Made by a program: the position numbers and the translations under genes
Source: Ignavibacteriaceae bacterium
GTDB taxonomy: Bacteria; Bacteroidota; Ignavibacteria; Ignavibacteriales; Ignavibacteriaceae
Direction: 5' to 3'
DNA: 64,000 nt
Assembly: GCA_041671545.1 (NCBI GenBank)
Contig: JBAZBI010000016.1
Location: 20,637 to 84,636 of the forward strand
Shown here: one piece after another, positions 56,594 through 64,000 of the stretch
Layout: each line of letters opens with the position of its first letter
Position numbering within the stretch: position 1 is the first letter of the stretch
Notes under the pieces: model-generated
What the model was told of the DNA's origin: nothing
The model's database searches: none
Seen by the model: only the letters and a program-made list of their open reading frames with translations

Positions 56594-57712
56594 GTGGGAA
56601 CATCTTTTCAAGAATTCGCTCAACTTAGATTTCTTCTTTCAATCGACGGAATAGGTCCCGTAAAAATAAGAAATCTCCTTTCATCATTCCATTCAATCGA
56701 TAATATTTTAGAAGCCGATTCAAGATCACTATCAGATGTTGAAGGAATCGGAGTTTTTCTTTCCAAAAAATTATACGAAGCTAAAAAGAATATTCCAACA
56801 TCCTTTTCAAAATTTGATAAAGAATTTACTGCACTTCAGTCGCATGGGATAACAGCCATCTCTTTTTTTGATGAAGCTTATCCAAGTCTTCTAAAAAAAA
56901 TTTATGATCCGCCGATGATTCTTTACATTAAAGGAGAGTTTACCGAAAAAGATAATTATCCTATTGCAATTGTCGGAACACGACAACCAACCACTTATGG
57001 AAAAATTCAAGCTGAAAAATTTTCAACTGAATTAGCTTCTCAAGGTATAACCATAACAAGCGGATTAGCGAGAGGAATCGATTCTATTGCACATCAATCT
57101 GCATTACAAGTAAACGGAAGAACTATTGCTGTTCTTGGTTGCGGAATAAATGTCATCTATCCTCCGGAGAATAAAAAACTGTACGAACAAATTCCCGAAC
57201 AAGGAATGTTGATAAGCGAATTTCCGTTAAATACAAAACCCGATGCGCAAAATTTTCCTTCACGGAATAGAATAATTTCCGGGTTAAGCCTTGGCTGCGT
57301 TGTAGTCGAATCGGGAATTCAGGGCGGTGCACTTCAAACCGCTGAGTTTGCATTAGATCAAGGAAGAGAAGTCTTTGTAATTCCGGGAAATTTAGGAGTC
57401 AGACAATCGGAAGGAACTAACGCACTGATACAACAAGGCGGCGGAAAGCTTGTTACAAATCCGGAAGATATTCTTATTGAACTCGAACTAAAATTAAAAC
57501 CTGTCATCGGGAAAACTATTCCCAAACCTCATGTTGATCTTACACTTTTCGAGCAAAAAATTCTAACGATTCTTGATAATAAAGAATTGCAAATTGATAA
57601 TATTGCCACACAAACCGGACTCTCAACTTCCGACTGCTTAGTAAATTTACTTACACTTGAGTTTAAAGGATTAGTAAAGCAGCTCCCAGGCAAAGTGTTC
57701 ATCGCCATTTAA
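56594..57712 (+). CDS. dprA: DNA processing protein DprA (Smf)
   Basis: IAIVGTRQPTTYG, ITSGLARGIDSIAHQ, AVLGCGINVIYPPEN, FPSRNRIISGLS. C-terminal winged-helix-like tail. GTG start. Confidence 0.9.
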   Translation: MGTSFQEFAQLRFLLSIDGIGPVKIRNLLSSFHSIDNILEADSRSLSDVEGIGVFLSKKLYEAKKNIPTSFSKFDKEFTALQSHGITAISFFDEAYPSLLKKIYDPPMILYIKGEFTEKDNYPIAIVGTRQPTTYGKIQAEKFSTELASQGITITSGLARGIDSIAHQSALQVNGRTIAVLGCGINVIYPPENKKLYEQIPEQGMLISEFPLNTKPDAQNFPSRNRIISGLSLGCVVVESGIQGGALQTAEFALDQGREVFVIPGNLGVRQSEGTNALIQQGGGKLVTNPEDILIELELKLKPVIGKTIPKPHVDLTLFEQKILTILDNKELQIDNIATQTGLSTSDCLVNLLTLEFKGLVKQLPGKVFIAI

Positions 57713-57715
57713 GCG

Positions 57716-59032
57716 TCATTCATACTTCTTGAATTTCTTCCACAATATTTTTAATCGGTCTCTCAAATTCTTTTCTTGTCCAAGATCTGTTGGGAAATAA
57801 TATTGCGTTCCCTTTAACTCTTCCGGGAAATAATTCTCTTCCACAAAATGATCTTTAAACTCATGGGCATATTTATATTCTTTGCCGTAACCGAGTTTTT
57901 TCATCAATGCAGTTGGAGCGTTCCGTAAATGAAGCGGGACTTTGTAGAATGGTTTTTGCTCAACATCTCGCAGAGCTTTTTCAATTGCAGAATAAGATGC
58001 GTTACTTTTAACGGAAGAAGCCAGGTACGTAACACATTGCGCAAGAATTATTCGCGATTCCGGCATACCGATTTTTGAAACAGCCGAAAAACAAGCTTCC
58101 GCAAGGAGTAATGCGTTTGGTGAAGCATTGCCAATATCTTCCGAAGCAAGCACGATCATTCTTCTCGCAATAAATAATGGGTCTTCACCTCCGGCTAACA
58201 TTCGCGCCATCCAGTAAAGCGCTGCATCCGGATCACTACCGCGAATACTTTTAATGAAAGCGGAAATCAGATTGAAATGTTCTTCGCCATCTTTATCGTA
58301 CAAAATATTTTTTTGTTGAACAACATTTTCAAAAACTTCTTTCGTTAGTTCGATCTTTTCTTTTTTTTTTTCCTGGAGAACCGCTGCTTCAAGGATGTTC
58401 AGCATCGTGCGGGCATCTCCACCGGAGAGATAAAGTAGAAAATCTTTGTCAACAATATTTATAGAATAGGATGAAAGTAATTCATCTTTCTGTACTGCCG
58501 AATCAATAATTTTTTCAAGCTCTTCTTTTTCCAATTCTTTTAAAGTGAATATTCTCATACGTGAACGTAAAGCGGAGATCACTTCAAAGGACGGATTCTC
58601 GGTTGTCGCTCCAATCAATGTTAATAAGCCAGATTCCACGGCGCTAAGCAGAGCATCTTGCTGCGCTTTGTTGAAGCGGTGAATTTCATCGATGAACAAA
58701 ATTGTTTTTTTGTGGTGTTCTCGATTCTTGGTTGCAGCGGAAATAATTTCTCTGATTTCCTTTACACCGGATGAGACTGCATTGATTTGGAAAAAATCTG
58801 ACTTGGTATTTAATGCAATCAACTTTGCAATTGTAGTTTTTCCCGTGCCGGGAGGACCCCACAAAATAAAGGATGAGAGCGCATCCGATTCAATCATCAA
58901 CCGAATTGGTTTTCCTTTTCCAAGAAGATGTTCCTGCCCAAAGAAGAAATCCAGACTAACGGGTCTTACACGTTCTGCTAAAGGAATGCTCAAATTGGAT
59001 TGGTCTGTTTTCAAGTCTTTTGCGGAATTCAA
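57716..59032 (-). CDS. rarA: replication-associated recombination protein A (AAA+ ATPase)
   Basis: [42 protein letters not shown]-terminal MgsA domain. Confidence 0.94.
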   Translation of the reverse strand: MNSAKDLKTDQSNLSIPLAERVRPVSLDFFFGQEHLLGKGKPIRLMIESDALSSFILWGPPGTGKTTIAKLIALNTKSDFFQINAVSSGVKEIREIISAATKNREHHKKTILFIDEIHRFNKAQQDALLSAVESGLLTLIGATTENPSFEVISALRSRMRIFTLKELEKEELEKIIDSAVQKDELLSSYSINIVDKDFLLYLSGGDARTMLNILEAAVLQEKKKEKIELTKEVFENVVQQKNILYDKDGEEHFNLISAFIKSIRGSDPDAALYWMARMLAGGEDPLFIARRMIVLASEDIGNASPNALLLAEACFSAVSKIGMPESRIILAQCVTYLASSVKSNASYSAIEKALRDVEQKPFYKVPLHLRNAPTALMKKLGYGKEYKYAHEFKDHFVEENYFPEELKGTQYYFPTDLGQEKNLRDRLKILWKKFKKYE

Positions 59033-59329
59033 TTATTGTTTTTCGATCTTGATGATGATCTCATTTTTCTTGCTCATCGAATATTTCTCACGCGCAATGC
59101 GTTCAATCTTTGCCGGTACTTTTTTTATGAGCGAATCATTTTCTGCGGAAATAGTTTTATTCTCTTCTTCCAATCTTCTTACGACGACTTTTAATGAATC
59201 AACTTCACTTTTTACTTTAACGTATTTGATTATTCCTGTTTCATTAAAAGCGAGATACGCAAATCCGGCTAAAGCAATTGTAAAAAAAATTGCTAAAAGA
59301 ATTTTTTGTTTTGAAATCTTAAATTTCAT
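59033..59329 (-). CDS. FtsB/DivIC-like septum formation initiator
   Basis: 98 aa. N-terminal TM helix, coiled-coil, then IERIAREKYSMSKKNE. ATGA overlap with the ddl stop. Confidence 0.65.
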   Translation of the reverse strand: MKFKISKQKILLAIFFTIALAGFAYLAFNETGIIKYVKVKSEVDSLKVVVRRLEEENKTISAENDSLIKKVPAKIERIAREKYSMSKKNEIIIKIEKQ

Positions 59330-60327
59330 GCAAGCGCGAGGTTTACAATTTTTTCAACTAATTGGGAGAAGGATATTCCGACAGCTTTTGCCGCTTTCGG
59401 TAATAAACTTGTTGCTGTCATTCCAGGTAAAGAATTTACTTCTAAACAATAAAATTCTCCTGCTTCATTTAAACGGAAATCTGCGCGCGCATATCCTCTG
59501 CACCCAAGCGAAATAAAGGCGCGTTGAGTCTGCTCTTGAATTTGCTTCGCAATTTCTTCCGATATTTCAGCCGGAACGATGTACTCACTCATTCCTTTTG
59601 TGTATTTGCATTCATAATCATATAAATTATGCTTCGGGCGGATTTCAAGTACCGGAAGAACTTTATCCGCTAATACTCCAACGGTTAATTCTCTTCCGGG
59701 AATAAATTCTTCAATTAACGTTTTATTCGAGTACTGAAATGAAAGCGTTAACGCTTTTTTAATATCGTCTTCTTTTTCGCAAACAGTCAATCCGAATGTT
59801 GATCCTTGATCATTCGGTTTAACAATTAAAGGGAAAGTAAATTCTTTTTTTATCTTTTGAAGAACCGATTCGTAAGAGTAATTTTTTTCTATTACAAATC
59901 CGTTAGGAACCGAGATAGCATGATCGCGCATAACAATTTTGGACATCATTTTATCCATTGTTAATGAGCTCGCCAAAACATTCGAGCCGGTATATTTTAT
60001 TTTTCGCAACTCAAGCAGCGATTGGACAATTCCATCTTCACCCCACTCACCATGCAATCCGAGAAACGCTACATCAATATCATCAAATAACGTTGAATTT
60101 ACTGCCTCAAGATAGTTCCGGGCAGAAACCGGAAAGAAGTCTTTATCAGAAAAAAAATCTTCCGGTTGTTCCGGCTGATTTATTCCATAACCGGGATCGA
60201 TCAATTTTACAGAATAACCAAGTTCCACAAGAGCCGCGTAAATTGCTTGACTCGAATGTTTTGATACTTCCCTTTCGGCTGAGGCGCCACCGACTAACAA
60301 CGCAACATTTAATTTCTTTTTATCCAT
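59326..60327 (-). CDS. ddl: D-alanine--D-alanine ligase
   Basis: VALLVGGASAEREVS, HGEWGEDG, ATP-grasp, EVNSLPGMT. Confidence 0.94.
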   Translation of the reverse strand: MDKKKLNVALLVGGASAEREVSKHSSQAIYAALVELGYSVKLIDPGYGINQPEQPEDFFSDKDFFPVSARNYLEAVNSTLFDDIDVAFLGLHGEWGEDGIVQSLLELRKIKYTGSNVLASSLTMDKMMSKIVMRDHAISVPNGFVIEKNYSYESVLQKIKKEFTFPLIVKPNDQGSTFGLTVCEKEDDIKKALTLSFQYSNKTLIEEFIPGRELTVGVLADKVLPVLEIRPKHNLYDYECKYTKGMSEYIVPAEISEEIAKQIQEQTQRAFISLGCRGYARADFRLNEAGEFYCLEVNSLPGMTATSLLPKAAKAVGISFSQLVEKIVNLALA

Positions 60328-60371
60328 AATGTTCTAAAATGTATTCCGATTTCTTTTATAATAATTTGATT

Positions 60372-61028
60372 TTAATACTTGTTCTTTTCATCCAACTTTA
60401 TTCCATAACTTTTTTCTGCTACCGAATAAAGCGCATCTAATTTATATTTTGGGATCTCTTTTACACCGCCAAGTTTATTAGCCACAAACATCGTCTTAGC
60501 TGTGTGTTCTAATTTTTCCATTCTGAAATAAGCTTGTTTTATATTCACACCAACGGAAACAGCCCCATGGTTCTCAAGCAAAAATACATTTGCATAATTA
60601 ATGTGGTTCTTTAAACTTTCCGGTAATTCATCCGTTGATGGAGTGGCATATTTACATAGCGGAATTCGTCCCAAGGTTAAAATTACTTCCGGGAAAACCG
60701 GACGGTCTAAAAATTCTCTTGCAGAAGCAAAAGCCGTTGCATATACCGGATGTACATGAACAACCGCTTTTATATCTTTTCTGTTTTGATAAATAAATAA
60801 GTGAAGTTTGTTTTCGGTGGAAATTTTTCCGGTTCCATTTATTATCTCACCGTTCATGTTTATTTCTAAAATATCATTTCCAGTTACATCCCCTTTGCAA
60901 ACTGCAGAGCGGGTAATAAGAATTGTTCCGCTGGAAGTTCTTACCGATAAATTACCATCGTATGCAGAAACAAAATTCTTTTCATAAACCTTATGGCAAT
61001 ATGCTATTAACTCTTCGCGCTGCTGCAT
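60372..61028 (-). CDS. class II aldolase/adducin-family protein
   Basis: GNLSVR, VVHVHPVYATAF, LLENHGAVSVG. Confidence 0.82.
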   Translation of the reverse strand: MQQREELIAYCHKVYEKNFVSAYDGNLSVRTSSGTILITRSAVCKGDVTGNDILEINMNGEIINGTGKISTENKLHLFIYQNRKDIKAVVHVHPVYATAFASAREFLDRPVFPEVILTLGRIPLCKYATPSTDELPESLKNHINYANVFLLENHGAVSVGVNIKQAYFRMEKLEHTAKTMFVANKLGGVKEIPKYKLDALYSVAEKSYGIKLDEKNKY

Positions 61029-62011
61029 CTATTTTCAAACTCTTCCATCAATCGCATATTAATTAAACCGTCTTCACCGGTAACAAACGGGGTTTCATTT
61101 TTCAAGAAAGATTTTGTAACCGATTTCAACAAACGGTAAAGTTTGTTCGCTCTTTTTCTGAAAACTTTTTTCCCTTCCCCTTCTAAAAGGATGCTCAGCT
61201 TTGATGAGCCGTAACGGGCGCTTATAAGTCCATCTAGACTAACTGCTCCCTTTGAACCGATGATCTCTATTCTATTAAAAGATTTTGGAGCGCAGTAAGC
61301 TACTTGAAAATGTCCATATCCGCCGCGCGCAAACTTTACAATTCCTGAAGCAAAATCTTCAACTTCCGATTTATATTCAAGGCTTTTGTTCACCCCGATG
61401 ATCACTTCAACTTCTCCGCAGAGATAACGCATTAAATCAAACAGGTGCGTTCCTAAATCACGAATCGCTCCACCGCCTGCCGCCTCTTTATTGTAGCGGA
61501 AGTTATCGCGCGGAATCAAATTAATGTTGAACTCTGCGTTGATGTAGAGAATTTTACCAAGCAATGAAGAGTCGATAATCGCTTTTGTCTTTTCCACCAA
61601 CGGATGAAAGCGGTAAACAAAATCAACGGCAAACTGTACGCCGTTTTCTTTGCACACGCGAACCATTTCCTCTGCTTGCGCCGTTGTAACCGACATCGGT
61701 TTTTCGCAGAGAATATGTTTTTTTGCTTTCGCGGCTTTGATCACTTGTTCATAATGATTAGCGTTAGCACTAGCGATGTAAACCACATCAATATCAGATT
61801 GAAGAAACTCATCAAAATTATTGAATGATTTCGGGATAAGAAATTTTTCCGCCAATGCTTTTGCCCGCTTTGCATCGTTGCTAAAGATCGCATTGATCTT
61901 TGATTTGGGGATCAAATTAAACGTTGGAAGAATTGCTGTTTCGGTAAACTTTCCGCATCCGGCAATTCCCCATTTTAATTTTCTCGAAATTCGTTTTGTT
62001 ATTCCAAGCAT
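61007..62011 (-). CDS. Gfo/Idh/MocA family oxidoreductase
   Basis: KWGIAGCGKF Rossmann start and the LCEKPM motif. Its 3' end overlaps the aldolase start by 22 nt. Confidence 0.82.
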   Translation of the reverse strand: MLGITKRISRKLKWGIAGCGKFTETAILPTFNLIPKSKINAIFSNDAKRAKALAEKFLIPKSFNNFDEFLQSDIDVVYIASANANHYEQVIKAAKAKKHILCEKPMSVTTAQAEEMVRVCKENGVQFAVDFVYRFHPLVEKTKAIIDSSLLGKILYINAEFNINLIPRDNFRYNKEAAGGGAIRDLGTHLFDLMRYLCGEVEVIIGVNKSLEYKSEVEDFASGIVKFARGGYGHFQVAYCAPKSFNRIEIIGSKGAVSLDGLISARYGSSKLSILLEGEGKKVFRKRANKLYRLLKSVTKSFLKNETPFVTGEDGLINMRLMEEFENRCSSAKS

Positions 62012-62012
62012 A

Positions 62013-62990
62013 TTATTTTTTTACAACCAATTTTTTAAAATGAAGATTTAATTTTTTCATCAAGAGATTGATCGGTTTTGAGTTCTGCATAATATAAAAA
62101 TGAATACCCGGCACGTTCCGGTTAAAAAGTTCTTCTGCCTGTTTTGCCGCCCAATTTACACCGATTTCCAAAACGTGTTCGGGTTTAGCCGCCATAACTT
62201 CTTCCGCCAATTCGTTTGGAATATTAATGTAAAAGTTTCTCGGAATATTTGTTAAATGAGATTTAATTGAAAGAATTTTCAAACCTGGAATTATCGGCGC
62301 TTCAATTCCTTCTTCTTTGCATGCCTCTACATAATCAAAATAGACATTGTTATCGAAAAACATTTGGGTTACAATATAGTGTGCGCCGGCATCAATTTTC
62401 TGTTTCGCATATTTGATGTCGAGCTTTAAGTTAGGTGATTCAAAATGTTTTTCCGGATATCCGCTAACACCAACGCAGAAATCAGTTGCTTTAGCGTCTA
62501 ACAGATTATCTTCTAAATATTTTCCTTTATTCATTGCATTCACTTGAGCCACAAGATCAACGGCATATTCATTCGCGCTTCTTCCGTGCGGAACAGGTTT
62601 TACAAATCCGCTGTCATCGCCGCGGATTGCCAGAAGATTCTCTATACCAAGATAATTTAATTCAATTAAAAAATCTTCCGTTTCTTCGCGGGTAAAATTT
62701 TTGCAAAGGATGTGCGGCACAGCGTCGATATTGTATTTATTCTGGATCAAAGCGCAGATACCAAGCGTTCCGGGACGCTTTCTAATAATTTTTTTCTTTA
62801 TTCCGGTAGTCGTTTCTTCATAAACAATTTCGGCTCCATGGCTCGTAATATCAATGAACGGAGGATTATATTTTGCGAGGTCATCAATTACCTGTAAGAG
62901 ACTTTTAATATCTCCACCGCGTGTAGGCGGAATAATTTCAAAACTAATTAACGGATCTTTTGCACTTTGTAGATGTTCAATTACTTTCAC
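62013..62990 (-). CDS. metF: methylenetetrahydrofolate reductase
   Basis: SFEIIPP, LLAIRGD, YPEKH, THMFFD-like TQMFFD. Confidence 0.9.
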   Translation of the reverse strand: MKVIEHLQSAKDPLISFEIIPPTRGGDIKSLLQVIDDLAKYNPPFIDITSHGAEIVYEETTTGIKKKIIRKRPGTLGICALIQNKYNIDAVPHILCKNFTREETEDFLIELNYLGIENLLAIRGDDSGFVKPVPHGRSANEYAVDLVAQVNAMNKGKYLEDNLLDAKATDFCVGVSGYPEKHFESPNLKLDIKYAKQKIDAGAHYIVTQMFFDNNVYFDYVEACKEEGIEAPIIPGLKILSIKSHLTNIPRNFYINIPNELAEEVMAAKPEHVLEIGVNWAAKQAEELFNRNVPGIHFYIMQNSKPINLLMKKLNLHFKKLVVKK

Positions 62991-63077
62991 AGTATCTCAT
63001 TTTTTTGTAGTGCTAATTTAATATTTATTTGTTTAAAAGTGAGGATTGGTGAATATTCAGATTTGGGGAATCGGTTG

Positions 63078-64000
63078 TCACCCAACTTCAACTTCTTGAA
63101 TTCTACACACACTTTTGAATGAACACAAGCGGCAAACTTTCTCTTCCCGTTTTTTAAGTTTTGAAAGATGATAAACGCCGGAACTTATTCCCTTTATAAG
63201 CTCATCAATTTTTTGGAGTGTGTGTGAAATTAATTCTTCATTCGCTTTTATTATTTGTTCCTTTATTTCATCACTAGCTTCGTCGTACGCTTTCCTCTTC
63301 ACAACCTTCACTTCATCCGGTCCAAAATCTTCCCGACTGAATTTTAATGAGTAGATAATCCCCGCTGCCGGAAGAAATTGTTCGCCCAATTCATTCCGTA
63401 AAATCTGCTGCGCAGCAAATAAGTAGAGGGGAATTTGCAAAGAGATCCCCAGTTGAAGATCCTCTTCGTTCGGCTTTTTACCGGAGAGTTTGTAATCGTA
63501 AACTTTAAAATGTTTCCCGTCAAAATTCACATCGATGCGGTCAATCTTTCCCCGGAGCTTTGCATTTGAATTTAAATTGAGAGTAAGAAACGTTGGTTTC
63601 TGTCCATCTTCACTTTGCAATCTGCCAAAAGGAATTTCAAAATAAACTGCTTTAAAATTATCAGTTCTTGAAAATTCATTTTCAAGATACAAGGTAAGGA
63701 GCGAATCGTTTTGGTTTCCGTTCACACCGAGTATTTTTTCAATTTCCCAGAACGACAAGGAGGAATGAATGCTGAGTTTATCAATTTTTTCCTGTGCTAT
63801 TGTAAAAAGAAGTTTTCGCGCTTTCTCTTTTTCGAGTTGAAGGTTAAGATTTTTTTCATTAACCGTTTTCATGAATCGCTCAAAAATTGCATGCAGCAAT
63901 AAACCCATTTCCATTGGTTCAAGTTCTTCAGTCGGTTCTTCAAGCGAACTAAGTTTCAGTATTCGCTTTAAGAAAAATTGAAACGGACATTTTGCGTACA
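63078..64000 (-). CDS. PD-(D/E)XK nuclease-domain protein, AddB/RecB-exonuclease-like (N-terminus outside window)
   Basis: Frame stays open to the window edge (YAKCPFQFFLKRILKL...). GKIDRID, VYDYK and the terminal CRLCSFKSVC cysteine cluster, as in Fe-S AddB/Cas4-type nuclease domains. Confidence 0.7.
   Translation of the reverse strand, partial: YAKCPFQFFLKRILKLSSLEEPTEELEPMEMGLLLHAIFERFMKTVNEKNLNLQLEKEKARKLLFTIAQEKIDKLSIHSSLSFWEIEKILGVNGNQNDSLLTLYLENEFSRTDNFKAVYFEIPFGRLQSEDGQKPTFLTLNLNSNAKLRGKIDRIDVNFDGKHFKVYDYKLSGKKPNEEDLQLGISLQIPLYLFAAQQILRNELGEQFLPAAGIIYSLKFSREDFGPDEVKVVKRKAYDEASDEIKEQIIKANEELISHTLQKIDELIKGISSGVYHLSKLKKREEKVCRLCSFKSVCRIQEVEVG

Noticed and set aside
58692-59516. 274-aa plus-strand ORF
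   Set aside because: It is antisense to rarA, the ftsB-like gene and ddl, which all have strong family motifs, so this is a shadow ORF.
56304-61028. EutN homologue plus class II aldolase as a PVM-like fucose/rhamnose microcompartment locus
   Set aside because: No BMC-H/T shell genes, aldehyde dehydrogenase, phosphotransacylase or acetate kinase are present. The two genes are on opposite strands and separated by dprA, rarA, the ftsB-like gene and ddl.
62991-63077. SAM or other riboswitch upstream of metF
   Set aside because: The region is ~87 nt of AT-rich sequence without the multi-stem structure required.

Overview
AT-rich bacterial chromosomal window. A T9SS-type C-terminal sorting domain, a DUF3098 gene and the overall gene content suggest an FCB-group organism (Ignavibacteria/Bacteroidota-like); this is inference only. 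I call about 60 protein genes. Most are housekeeping: recQ, pgk, ispG, dnaG, gap, ribH, an ABC-F ATPase, rsmA, ubiE, rdgB, uvrA, dut, accA, dprA, rarA, ddl and metF. The one clear accessory block (~35.4-55.3 kb) is a Wzx/Wzy-type polysaccharide locus. It holds a WbaP-like initiating transferase, several GT2/GT4 genes, wecB, a Dpm1-like synthase, Wzy, Wzz, Wzx and a Wza-like exporter. An IS256-family element sits inside it, and its transposase is cut short by an in-frame TGA at a conserved Trp position. Next to the IS is an oppositely oriented two-methyltransferase module bordered by non-coding DNA. I saw no rRNA, tRNA or CRISPR array. Intergenic DNA is rich in structure: at least three short repeat or palindrome families, a 68-bp near-perfect palindrome, and a 21-nt heptad-periodic motif shared by two gene leaders. 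There are also two cases of a promoter-like site followed by a strong intrinsic terminator that abuts the next start codon. One of these looks like a ~80-nt sRNA or attenuator with two CCCC loops. I did not find a convincing multi-gene system of clearly new type. The best leads are the orphan EutN/CcmL gene wedged between DUF3098 and dprA behind that leader RNA, the GT2 fusion to a degenerate phosphoglycosyltransferase, and the repeat families. All family calls come from motif recognition by eye, with no database search.
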